A DNA stretch of 64,000 nucleotides from an uncultured Bacteroidia bacterium. Lineage in GTDB: Bacteria > Bacteroidota > Bacteroidia > JANWVE01. The notes beneath the pieces are model-generated. The model was not told the DNA's origin. It saw nothing but the letters and a program-made list of their open reading frames with translations, and ran no database searches. The translations under genes were made by a program, and so were the position numbers. The stretch covers positions 192-64,191 of the forward strand of contig CALIZB010000045.1 in assembly GCA_938028625.1 (NCBI GenBank), read 5' to 3'. Each line of letters opens with the position of its first letter. Within the stretch, counting starts at the first letter, position 1. Positions 1-9,860 of the stretch are shown in pieces.

Positions 1-1
1 T

Positions 2-334
2 CAAGAAGGATATAGCGGGACTAACTTTATAGGATGCCCAGATAGTGGACAAAACTGCTTTTGGCCTCCTGTTGAAGTTTGTGGTAACTGTACTTCACAT
101 ATTCCTGTACTAGAAGAAGTGTTTAATACAGTACAAAATAGTAGTAGTGCAGACATTGTAGAGATATTCACTCTATACCGTGATGTCCCTGTTGAATACT
201 ACCATGACGAGTATGTGGACGGGGTCATCAGTGGAACTTATAGTGCAGGTTACTCACTACTTGACAATATTCATTATTTAAGATTTAAGCAAAACAATCA
301 AACTATTGCTGTATATCCACTTGTAATGCCATAA
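2..334 (+). CDS. Partial (5'-truncated) hypothetical protein with a Cys cluster
   Basis: The frame of ORF 119..334 is open back to nt 2 (QEGYSGTNFIGCPDSGQNCFWPPVEVCGNCTS...). Its stop overlaps the next ATG (TAATG). Confidence 0.7.
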   Translation, partial: QEGYSGTNFIGCPDSGQNCFWPPVEVCGNCTSHIPVLEEVFNTVQNSSSADIVEIFTLYRDVPVEYYHDEYVDGVISGTYSAGYSLLDNIHYLRFKQNNQTIAVYPLVMP

Positions 335-1512
335 TGAAAAGAATTATCAACTATATGCTCGTAGTTATTTGTACCCTGTTCGTTATACTAACAGGGTGCA
401 AAACTACTAAAAAGCCTCCTTTTGAAAAAAAAAGAAGTGTTTCTATTACATTGCCTTATGCACCTGAGTCAAGATACTTGTTTGCACAAAATGATACTGT
501 ATATTTTTGTTCTTACAATTATAATACCTACAAACAAGTAGATATTTATGATACGTTTTATGGAGAGCGGATAAACCAGATAAGTTTAAATCATCTGTTT
601 TTACCTTATGGGGTAAGTTTTATTAAAGTAAAAAACACCGACAGTATACTTATGCTTGCAAATGATACTAACATACTGTATTTAATCAATAAACAAGGTA
701 AAATTTTACAAAAAATTGATATAGACAGTCTGATAAAAAAACACATATGCTTTACGTATCCTGTCCGAGTATGGGCACTATCATCTGATAAAATCTTGTA
801 CAAAAATGATATTATACTGCACGTAGCCAAAGATAAACCTATCAAAGAAAGCAATAGTGTATACCAATCCCAGGTTCAACATAATCAAAATCATATTTCA
901 CTACCCGGCTTTGTTTATATCTCTAACTTTCTCAATGTTAGTTCAAGTGTTGTATGTGACTCTTTACCTGTTATGAGCAAATATATGAAACAAAATGAGT
1001 ATTTTCCTATGATAATAAATTACTTTATGCATAGAGATACCTTATATTTTTATACGGGGTTTCATGATAAAGTAGTAAGATACAATGCAAAAAGTTTAGA
1101 ATACATAGACGAATTAAAGATTCACTCTGAATATACGAGATTAAAGTATCCTGTACCTGTAATTACTGAAGAGAATATTGATAAAGTTTTTCAGAATACA
1201 GGACACCTAATTAGTCGTTTAGGTTTCATTGTACAGATAGGATTTTATCCTAAAAAACAGCATTTTTACGTGTATGTTTCTCATAGTCATCGTGAATATC
1301 AGGAACAAAAAGAATACACACTACCTGTAAACATTGATGAAAGAAAAAGTTCTATAATTGTATATGATAAAAATTGGAAGAAAATATCAGAATATATGTT
1401 ACCTGATACAGAAAAAGATGTTTATTTTTTGGAAGACGGAAATTTTGTTACCTATACAAAATCCAAAAATCCGCGTAATATTACCCTCAATTTTTACCAA
1501 TGGACAGAATAA
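334..1512 (+). CDS. Lipoprotein, probable beta-propeller (DUF4221-like)
   Basis: 392 aa with lipobox ILTG-C. Beta-rich body and a C-terminal 'SIIVYDKNWKKISE' segment resemble Bacteroidota DUF4221-like lipoproteins. Confidence 0.55.
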   Translation: MKRIINYMLVVICTLFVILTGCKTTKKPPFEKKRSVSITLPYAPESRYLFAQNDTVYFCSYNYNTYKQVDIYDTFYGERINQISLNHLFLPYGVSFIKVKNTDSILMLANDTNILYLINKQGKILQKIDIDSLIKKHICFTYPVRVWALSSDKILYKNDIILHVAKDKPIKESNSVYQSQVQHNQNHISLPGFVYISNFLNVSSSVVCDSLPVMSKYMKQNEYFPMIINYFMHRDTLYFYTGFHDKVVRYNAKSLEYIDELKIHSEYTRLKYPVPVITEENIDKVFQNTGHLISRLGFIVQIGFYPKKQHFYVYVSHSHREYQEQKEYTLPVNIDERKSSIIVYDKNWKKISEYMLPDTEKDVYFLEDGNFVTYTKSKNPRNITLNFYQWTE

Positions 1513-1515
1513 ATT

Positions 1516-1968
1516 ATGAAAAAATGGTGTTTTTTAGCTGTTTTAACTTTGTTTTATCTTGTCTCCTGTGTACAAAAACAAGGTAAAAAAGACTTAAAAA
1601 CGTACTTCAAGCAAGAATTTAACACTGAACTCCCCGCACACGTACATACACTTATTGTGTTAGATGAAGTAGGTTGTAAAGGTTGTAATGTCAGCTTATC
1701 TAATTGGATACAAAAAAAAGCTCTCAACCATGAAAAAATATGGGTTTTAGTTACGGCTGCAGGTGCGCACCTAGATATTTCTCCGTATCTTAATGTAAGA
1801 TATAAAAATGTATTCATAGAGCAGAATATTGGAGCATTCCGAGAGTTACAATTGTGTGGTTCTTCGGGGATTATTCTGTTAGAACAAGGTAAAATACAAA
1901 AAACAGAGTGTCTTACTGCACAACAATTAGAAACACAATTCCAATTATTGGAAGAGAGAATAAAATAA
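1516..1968 (+). CDS. Thioredoxin-fold lipoprotein (CxxC)
   Basis: Lipobox LVS-C; GCKGC follows a hydrophobic beta strand. Confidence 0.6.
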   Translation: MKKWCFLAVLTLFYLVSCVQKQGKKDLKTYFKQEFNTELPAHVHTLIVLDEVGCKGCNVSLSNWIQKKALNHEKIWVLVTAAGAHLDISPYLNVRYKNVFIEQNIGAFRELQLCGSSGIILLEQGKIQKTECLTAQQLETQFQLLEERIK

Positions 1969-2000
1969 GATTTTATGAGTAAACTTTATTACTTTTGTGT

Positions 2001-2690
2001 ATGTTTATTGTTATTATCGCTTTGTTGCCCGTAGTGTTAATTAACACTTTTGTTTATGTAAAAGATAAAAAAGATAAAGAACCTATAAAAAACCTTGCTA
2101 TTTCTTTTATTTTAGGAGGGTTAAGTATCTTTTTTGTGGGCATACAACTCATTCTCCATGAGGCAAAAATCATAGGTACATGGGATAATTCTAAAAATGT
2201 AACAGATATTTTTTTACATGCGTTTATAGAAGTAGCCTTAGTAGAGGAGTTAGGTAAATACGTCATGTTGCGCGGGTATGCGTATAGAAGAGAAGCGTTT
2301 AATGAACCTTTTGATGGTATTGTGTATTCGGTTATGGTATCTATGGGATTTGCGGGCTTTGAAAACATTATGTATTCTTTACAAGGGTTAAGTACGGCTA
2401 TTTTAAGGGCTTTTACGGCTGTTCCTGCGCATGCTACTTTTGCCGTAGCTATGGGCTATTATGTGGGGTTAGCCAAATTTAACCCTGAAAAAAGCAGATT
2501 ATATCAATTTATAGGAGTGAGTTTAGCGGTTATTTTTCATGGTTTTTATGATTTCTTTTTGATGTCGCAAGAGCAAATAGGTATGTTTCTGGGAGCATTT
2601 GTTACACTCATTGTGGGCATAGTATTGAGCTTAAAAGCCATAAAACGCCATAAAGCCTTAAAAGAACAACATTTTGCTCAAAACACATAA
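2001..2690 (+). CDS. prsW: PrsW family intramembrane metalloprotease
   Basis: Motifs 'DKEP', 'VEELGK', 'DGIVY..GFAGFEN', 'PAHA', 'FHGFYDF'. ATG at 2001 lies 3 nt after TACTTTTG. Confidence 0.85.
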   Translation: MFIVIIALLPVVLINTFVYVKDKKDKEPIKNLAISFILGGLSIFFVGIQLILHEAKIIGTWDNSKNVTDIFLHAFIEVALVEELGKYVMLRGYAYRREAFNEPFDGIVYSVMVSMGFAGFENIMYSLQGLSTAILRAFTAVPAHATFAVAMGYYVGLAKFNPEKSRLYQFIGVSLAVIFHGFYDFFLMSQEQIGMFLGAFVTLIVGIVLSLKAIKRHKALKEQHFAQNT

Positions 2691-2698
2691 AAAATTCA

Positions 2699-5399
2699 TC
2701 AATAGCCCATAAAATAACTTATCTCTATTTGTACATATCGGGACATAAGCCGTTGATTTTGTATGGTATAGTTAAAATCTGTGAAGTTTATTTGTCTGAA
2801 TTGCTGATTGTTGAGTAGGTTATTAACTTTTACTCCCAAAGAAAAATGGTTTTTTTGATATTCGGCAAAAACATTGAGAAAATACGGCATATTGAGCTTT
2901 TGTCCGCGTATCATAAGATATTCAGAGGATATACCTGCACGAAATTTTAAGCTCAATGTATAAGATAAATCTAAAAATACATGTGTAGTCTGATTATATT
3001 GACGGTTAGTATTACTAGTTGCTATGTTATTAGCTACGGAATAAGTATGATTTTGTTGTACTTGAGCATGATAATTGAATACCTTAAATCCTGAACGCAG
3101 ACTTACAGAATAAAAGTGCGAATAGGTTATATTTTGCCTTTCCACGTTATTAACATAGTTAAAATATCGGAACTGATGAAGAGAATAAGTGCCGCGTAAA
3201 GCCGAAGTAATTTGTTTAAAGTACTGTGACACATTCGTGTTTATCATAAGCATTGTATTAGATTTATCTTTACTTACAAAAGCCATTTGATTTTGATTAG
3301 CTACAGTACTTATAAGATTTTCATACAATATGGGACGCTGCATAAGGTTGTACATAAGAATAGTATTCCATTTGAATTTACTTTGATTAGTGTTAAAAAA
3401 GTTGATAAAAGTAAAACTGTGTGAAGGTGAGATGTTAAACTGTCCTAATCCGAATGTGCCACCCTGAAAGTTTTGCAAAATATATCCGTCAAATACACTT
3501 TGAAAAGGACTTATATCCAATTTTCGTTCATAGTTAAGTGAAGTCATAAAAGGGCGCTTGTTGTATTGAACACTTATTTTTGGCAAAAAATAAGGCATTT
3601 GTAAAGTTTTTTGGTTATAGGTAAAATTCAAATATCCAGCTTCCGTAGTAAGATTAAGGCTATAATTTTCATGATTATATTTATGTTCTATGTATGCATA
3701 GTAACGTTGTGTAGTAGGTACACCAAGCCGATTAAGTGTATCAAAAAAAGTGCTGTAATCTGTAAAAAAAGCGGTTTTTATACGTTGTTTTTCATGTTCT
3801 GCACCGATAGTAGCGGTAAAATAGTATTTTTTGTGGTTAGTATTGTAAATAGCATTGAGTTTTGCATTTTGATGGGGCTGTTCAATGGTTTGTTGTATAT
3901 GTGCGTATCCTGTATCTTGTAATATAGGAACAAACTGATTACGATATAAATTATAGTGTTGTGTAAAATCAAATTCAGTTTGATAAAGTGTAATTAAGCG
4001 AATAGCTTGCTTTTTAGTAATTTGGTAGGTATATTCTGTATTTTCAAATAAAGTTTTTCTGAATGTGCGCAGGTGCTGTGTATAAGGTCTGCCATTAAAA
4101 AGTATCTCTTCATGATGGAATTTTTCAGTATAACTCAATCCATTTATCCATCTAAAAAGATGACGAGATTTAAGTTTGGAGAGGTAAGTACTCACATCTG
4201 TATTTAGAGGTTTGTAAGTAAGGCTGTGGCGTTGTGTATTTTGAATGGTATCAGAATTGGGCAAAATAAAACCTTGTGTATATTCCTGAAACATTTGATT
4301 TTTACCTGTGATTAAAGATGCAGTGCTTTTGAACTCCCATTTTTTGGGCAGTTTGAAAAGATAGGCTTGTTCTAGGTTGTAGCTTTGGTTAAAATTAGAG
4401 ATAGGTGTATTAAAATTGGATATAGTGGAGTAGTTTGGAAAATTGAGTATAGCTGTAGTTGGCGACATATCATAACTACTATTGGGATTAAGTAGGCTTA
4501 AATAATTTCCTGAAAAGAAGAAATCTGCGGTTTTTTCTAAATTCAGGTTATCGGTATCGCCTATGTTATTTGTTTTGGCAGAGAGAATAGTTTTGAATTT
4601 TTTACGAAGGAGCATTTCTTCTATTTTTACCTTGTAACGTGGTGCGTAATGTGCATCTATACCTGCGGATATGCTATATTCTCCTGTCCACACATTACGG
4701 GCTTTGGCATTGAGTTTTAAGTTAAGAACTTTTTCATCGGTGCTTTGAATTTTTGTAAGCAAAGGATTATCAGAGTATTTGTCTATTACTTGAATGGTAT
4801 CTACGGATTGTGCAGGGAGCGTTTTAGTAATTTTTTGATAATTATTTCCTTTAAGGTCATCACCGTCAATGAGTACGCGCGAGATTATTTTGCCATTATG
4901 TTTTATTTTACCTTTTTCATCAATTTCCACTCCCGGAATTTTTTTGAGAACATCTTCTATTTTTTTATCACCAGGTTGAATAAGGTCTTTTACTTTGTAG
5001 TCTAAGGTGTCTTTTATGGCAGGAGGCTTATTTTCTATGATAACTGTTTCTTTTAATTTGACTGTTGTAGGCACTAAAATAATATCAAAAAATTGAGTAG
5101 TTTTAGTAGTATCTATAATAAAAGAACGTGTTTTATAGCCAAGTAGTGCGATATCCAGGGTTAAATTAGGTTTTTTAGGTACTTCTATTTCAAAATTACC
5201 TTTGCTGTTTGTTTCACTAAATTGTAAGATATAACCTTCGGGGACTTGTTTTATTGTAACAATAGCTCCTGATATACTTTTTTGGTTAGTGCTGTCTTTT
5301 ACAGTTCCTTGAAGAAGAATATTTTGTGCATGAAGCGAGTAGCTAAAAAAAAAATTGTGTTACACAGAGCAGAAAATAAAAAAACAGGTTATTTTTCAT
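2699..5399 (-). pseudogene. TonB-dependent-receptor-like outer-membrane beta-barrel protein with N-terminal CarboxypepD_reg-like domain; frameshifted at a T10 tract (possibly phase-variable)
   Basis: The 791-aa ORF has the plug motif 'IEDVLKKIPGVEID..GKI' and is open upstream to 5344. ATG at 5399 gives a signal peptide that hits TAG right after T10 (5345-5354). T9 would join the two frames. Confidence 0.8.
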
Positions 5400-5421
5400 A
5401 GCTGATTAATTTTGATGAGTT

Positions 5422-5429
5422 CAAATGTA
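5422..5429 (-). promoter_or_regulatory. Bacteroidota -7 promoter element (TACATTTG) for the beta-barrel gene
   Basis: Exact TAnnTTTG match 22 nt upstream of ATG 5399. Confidence 0.5.
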
Positions 5430-5576
5430 TAGTATGTTAATTTATTTAATTTTAATACGTTGAAAATGACAAAACCAAAAAAAGATTATTATGTTTTATT
5501 ATACAATCGGGGCATTATGTATCTCTTTTTGCGCAAAAATATAATAGATGTATTAAGTTTGCAATACCTAAATTTT

Positions 5577-6353
5577 TCATTCAAATTCTATTTCCCATTC
5601 AGGGACAATGCTTTTATATTGAAAATGATATTTTACACGTTCTTCTTCGGGCGAGCGTTCTTCTTCGGCATTCATTTGTGCAGTAATTTCCTTAATTTTT
5701 TTATCTATGCGGGTTTTATAGTGTTCTTTATATTCTTGCCATGAAGTTTTTACATCATTTTTATGATAGGGGATAGAGGAATAGTTTTGTAAAATTTTTT
5801 GTATATTATCTTGTTTTACAGGTATTTCTATTTCATTACATTGTAGTACGATAACACTGTCCTGTGTATAAGCAGTAAGGATTAAACCAGGTAGTCCATG
5901 TAATTTCCATGGTCCAAATTTGATGGGGATTTGTGGCGTAAACCATGCTTGCCAAGTACGTCCCCTAAATGTTGTTATGGCTTTTTGACAGGTATAATTT
6001 TGTATTTTTTTCGTTTCAGGACAAATTTGCCATTTTATTTTTGGAATACCATGAGGTTCATACGTGTACACTCTATACGCAGGAATAACTGTGCGGATAC
6101 ACATCTGGTTTTTTGCAGAATACGTGTAAATTACATTTCCTATATTTTCTCTTTTATCTCTTTCTGCATCATAAACAAAAATAGCGGTTTGTTCGTTGTA
6201 GTACAGGAATGTAGGAATATTTTTTATTTCCTGTTGTTGTGCAGAGAGAGTGTCATTTTTGAATGAAAGACTGTAATAAATTATTCCATTGTTTATCTGA
6301 GACTTGCAATGAAAAGATACTATTACCAATAAGCTGATATGCCATATTTTCAT
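5577..6353 (-). CDS. GLPGLI family protein (copy A)
   Basis: Signal peptide; 'YTCQKA..FRGRTWQAWFTPQIPIKFGPWKLHGLPGLIL'. Confidence 0.92.
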   Translation of the reverse strand: MKIWHISLLVIVSFHCKSQINNGIIYYSLSFKNDTLSAQQQEIKNIPTFLYYNEQTAIFVYDAERDKRENIGNVIYTYSAKNQMCIRTVIPAYRVYTYEPHGIPKIKWQICPETKKIQNYTCQKAITTFRGRTWQAWFTPQIPIKFGPWKLHGLPGLILTAYTQDSVIVLQCNEIEIPVKQDNIQKILQNYSSIPYHKNDVKTSWQEYKEHYKTRIDKKIKEITAQMNAEEERSPEEERVKYHFQYKSIVPEWEIEFE

Positions 6354-6428
6354 AATACCATTAAATAAACGATATTTAAATTTAAGTCTGATTTGTTGTT
6401 TAATAAAACCAGGCTTTTACAAAAAAGT

Positions 6429-6671
6429 TTACTTTGTTAGAATATCACATAATTTTCCTGCATTTGCACCTGCTTTTTTACATGCTTTTTCATAATTACT
6501 TCCTTCACCGTAACCAGTTATAGTACCGCCTGCACATTGTATAGTAACGGTACAAGATACTATTTGTACATCTTTTTTGGGTTCTACCTTTTCAGGTTTA
6601 TTCTCTGCCCAACTCATTACGGGGAGCAACATTAACGCCGCTACAACCCAAATTTTTCTTACCTTTTTCAT
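6429..6671 (-). CDS. Small secreted four-Cys protein (copy A)
   Basis: Sec-type signal MKKVRKIWVVAALMLLPVMSWA; C-x5-C...GYGEG-x5-AC-x10-C; paralog at 7824..8099. Confidence 0.85.
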   Translation of the reverse strand: MKKVRKIWVVAALMLLPVMSWAENKPEKVEPKKDVQIVSCTVTIQCAGGTITGYGEGSNYEKACKKAGANAGKLCDILTK

Positions 6672-6780
6672 AGCTTATTTATGAGATTAAATGCACCGCA
6701 GAAATCTAAAAAAAAAAATACAAGTCAAGTTTTATATAAAAAATATTTCTATTTTTCTTGTATCTCTTTGAAAAAGAGTT
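6589..6780. repeat. Direct repeat copy A (192 nt): promoter region plus leader-peptide coding sequence, with an A11 tract
   Basis: Matches 8017..8210 with 6 substitutions and a 2-nt homopolymer length difference. Confidence 0.95.
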
Positions 6781-6790
6781 TTTTATAGAT

Positions 6791-7615
6791 TTAGTATTCA
6801 AATTCTAATTCTATCTGAGGTTCTTCACATACAGCTCCCATTTTTATCATTCTAAAACTATTACCTCTACTTTGATATTCTGCATTTAATTGTTTTGTGT
6901 ACTCATCAATTTTCTTTTGAGTTAAAGTTCTATAATAGTCTTTGTAATCCTCCCAAGTTGCATTCAACTTACCGTCCCGATAAGGTTTTATTTCTAGTCC
7001 AATATCTTCCAGAATAAGTTTATTGGTAGCAGGAATTTCTATCTCTTCAAACAAGAAATTAATTTTTTTATCTTTATCATATACTTCTAAAATTAAGCCG
7101 GGTAAGCCATAGAACTTCCAAGGACCCATTTTAATAGGAATATCAGGACAAAACCATGCTTCCCAATGCCTTCCCCTGAAATAACAGGTAGCTTTGTAAC
7201 AAGTAAAAGAACCTAATCTTCGGGTTTCTGTGGTAATACTCCAATTAAATTTAGGAAATTTATCGCCATTCTCTTCTATGATAGCTAATCCTAATAAAAA
7301 AACACCATCTCTGTGCACCATTTCTTTGGTTAGTATGTTTTTATATATTACTTCGCCGGTGTTATCAAATTTTGTTTTTGTATTAGGTATTTTTTTACTG
7401 CCATACATGTACACAGAAGCATAATCATTAAAAAGCAAAAAAGACGGATTAACCGTAGAACTTTTTCGATCGAGCATAATAATACTATAAACACTATCAG
7501 GTATGTTTTGATTAACTTCAAATATTTGTTTGTAAGTAACTAAACCTGTTGTGTTTTGTGTATAAACTAAATAATTGAAGCAAGATAACAAGATAATTAT
7601 AGTGCTTAGTTTCAT
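6791..7615 (-). CDS. GLPGLI family protein (copy B)
   Basis: 'FTCYKATCYFRGRHWEAWFCPDIPIKMGPWKFYGLPGLILE'. Likely start is ATG 7615, giving signal peptide MKLSTIIILLSCF. Confidence 0.92.
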   Translation of the reverse strand: MKLSTIIILLSCFNYLVYTQNTTGLVTYKQIFEVNQNIPDSVYSIIMLDRKSSTVNPSFLLFNDYASVYMYGSKKIPNTKTKFDNTGEVIYKNILTKEMVHRDGVFLLGLAIIEENGDKFPKFNWSITTETRRLGSFTCYKATCYFRGRHWEAWFCPDIPIKMGPWKFYGLPGLILEVYDKDKKINFLFEEIEIPATNKLILEDIGLEIKPYRDGKLNATWEDYKDYYRTLTQKKIDEYTKQLNAEYQSRGNSFRMIKMGAVCEEPQIELEFEY

Positions 7616-7823
7616 GGCGAGATAATTACATAATATATTGATGAATAAATTTGAAAATGCTGGTATTTTAATTGTATGAATAGCTATTTTAAACTTACTT
7701 AGCATACCATTTTTATGCTTAAGGGTATCTATCACACTTTGAAATACCAGTTCAAGGTTATTAGAAAATTTGTTATTTAATACACATTTATGACTCAATC
7801 ATCAAATAGTATTTGAGAAATGA

Positions 7824-8099
7824 TTATAGTAGGGCAAATACCGTACACATAGCTAATGCTGACACATATGCTTCTGCACAAGCACTTGCCTGGTCCACAC
7901 CCTCACCATACCCATATACCCAACCGTCTGTCCACTCGCTACATTTAGTAGCTAATACACAAGGGATCTGTTGTACTTGTTTTGTGTTTTCTATTTTTAC
8001 TTCATTTCTTGGAGTATTTTCAGGCTTATTCTCTGCCCAACTCATTACGGGGAGCAACACTAACGCCGCTACAACCCAAATTTTTCTTACCTTTTTCAT
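7824..8099 (-). CDS. Small secreted four-Cys protein (copy B)
   Basis: Same leader as 6429..6671 with one substitution; same Cys spacing and GYGEG motif. Confidence 0.85.
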   Translation of the reverse strand: MKKVRKIWVVAALVLLPVMSWAENKPENTPRNEVKIENTKQVQQIPCVLATKCSEWTDGWVYGYGEGVDQASACAEAYVSALAMCTVFALL

Positions 8100-8210
8100 A
8101 GCTTGTTTATGAGATTAAATGCACCGCAAAAATCTAAAAAAAAAAAAATACAAGTCAAGTTTTATATAAAAAATATTTCTATTTTTCTTGTATGTGTTTG
8201 AAAAAGAGTT
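8017..8210. repeat. Direct repeat copy B (194 nt), with an A13 tract
   Basis: Near-identical to 6589..6780. Confidence 0.95.
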
Positions 8211-8389
8211 ATTTTTATATATTGGTGTTAGAATTACAACCAAAATACTTTTTTTGTATTGTTAAATAAGCAAACCTATATTGAGTCTAACTAATAATAA
8301 TTCAAGTTATGCATTGAGAAGTTAAATGTAAAGTGGATATAAGAAAAATTTGTTTGTTTAGAGATAATTCTTGTAAATTGCATGCGGAT

Positions 8390-9859
8390 ATGGAGAATCT
8401 TACATTAGACCTTTTACAAAGTCTACCCTTAATTTTACTGTTAGTGATGGCACTTTTTTTAATGATTGCCGAAGCTATTGACCGTAAGAGCGTAGTAGTA
8501 CCTTATATTGGCATAGTGGCTTTATTAGTTTCTGCGGTATTAGAATTTCCTTTTGATGATAAAAATGGAGATATGTATCGTAGTGTGGCAATATACAATG
8601 GTATGCTGAAAGTGAGAGGAATAGCTTCTTTGTTTCATGTAATTTTATGTTTAACAGGTGCATTTGCTTTATCTTTTGTTGTACCTTATTTGCGAAAACT
8701 TAAAGAATTTAAAGATGACATAACAGGTGAAATAACTGTACTAACCATTTTTGCAGTAATAGGCATGATACTATTAGCTAATGCAAATGATTTGATTATA
8801 ACTTTCATTGGATTAGAAACCATGTCTGTTTGTTTGTATATTATGGCAGGTTCATTAAAGACGCGTAAAGAGAGCAATGAAGCAGGAATTAAATACTTTT
8901 TACTTGGGGCATTTGCATCAGCATTTTTGTTGTATGGCATAGCGCTTATTTATGGAGCATCAGGCAGTACAAATTACAACAAAATGAACATGGCATTGTT
9001 ACAGAACTCTCCTTTGTTTTTTGCAGGTACAGGTCTGATACTGGTAGGTTTTCTCTTTAAGATATCCGCTTTTCCGTTTCATTTCTGGGCACCTGATGTA
9101 TATCAAGGGGCGCCCACACCTATGGTGGGCTTTATGGCAACGGCATCAAAAAGTGCATCTTTCTGGGGACTGATGCTGTTTATTGTAGCGATGAGTACCG
9201 TACCTAAACTGAATACACTTTTGCAAATTATTGCCGTACTTACTATGATTTGGGGTAATTTTATGGCTATCCGTCAGACAAATTTAAAGCGAGTATTAGC
9301 ATATTCTAGCGTAGCTCATGCAGGATATGTATTGCTTGCTATGGCTTCACACTCTAATATGGGCTTTCAGGCGGTAGTGTTTTACATGATAGCTTATACC
9401 CTTATGAACCTTGCTACTTTTGGAGTTATTTCTTTGATAGAAGGAGAAAAATTTAGTACTAATGCAAAAGAATTACAAGGATTGTATTATCAAAAACCTG
9501 CATACGCCATAATTCTCTCCATGTGTATGCTGGCATTATCTGGTATTCCGCCATTTATAGGATTTATAGGCAAATATCAAGTATTTGCAGCAGCTATAAA
9601 AGCAGATATGGTTGTTCCTGCCATTATTGGTATCATAACTTCTGTGGTATCCGCTTTTTATTATTTGAGTGTTATTCGTAGGATTTGTTTTATCAAACCT
9701 GACGAAAAATATCTACATACACCTTTTGTCGCAGACGGATTAAGCTATACTGCTTTGGGCATACTTGTTTTTGCCATAGTGGTTTTGGGCTGTTATCCAA
9801 GTCCTGTTTTGAATCTTGTTAATAAATTGTATTTGTACTCTGTTGCTTTTATTGGTTAA
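8390..9859 (+). CDS. nuoN: NADH-quinone oxidoreductase subunit N
   Basis: Many TM helices; 'FIGLETMS', 'EAGIKYFLLGAFAS', 'FKISAFPFHFWAPDVYQGAPTP', 'KRVLAYSSVAHAGY'. Likely ATG at 8390. Confidence 0.93.
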   Translation: MENLTLDLLQSLPLILLLVMALFLMIAEAIDRKSVVVPYIGIVALLVSAVLEFPFDDKNGDMYRSVAIYNGMLKVRGIASLFHVILCLTGAFALSFVVPYLRKLKEFKDDITGEITVLTIFAVIGMILLANANDLIITFIGLETMSVCLYIMAGSLKTRKESNEAGIKYFLLGAFASAFLLYGIALIYGASGSTNYNKMNMALLQNSPLFFAGTGLILVGFLFKISAFPFHFWAPDVYQGAPTPMVGFMATASKSASFWGLMLFIVAMSTVPKLNTLLQIIAVLTMIWGNFMAIRQTNLKRVLAYSSVAHAGYVLLAMASHSNMGFQAVVFYMIAYTLMNLATFGVISLIEGEKFSTNAKELQGLYYQKPAYAIILSMCMLALSGIPPFIGFIGKYQVFAAAIKADMVVPAIIGIITSVVSAFYYLSVIRRICFIKPDEKYLHTPFVADGLSYTALGILVFAIVVLGCYPSPVLNLVNKLYLYSVAFIG

Positions 9860-9860
9860 C

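Noticed and set aside
7616..7798. 61-aa N-terminal extension of GLPGLI B
   Set aside because: A signal peptide begins at ATG 7615, and the extension looks like AT-rich intergenic sequence.
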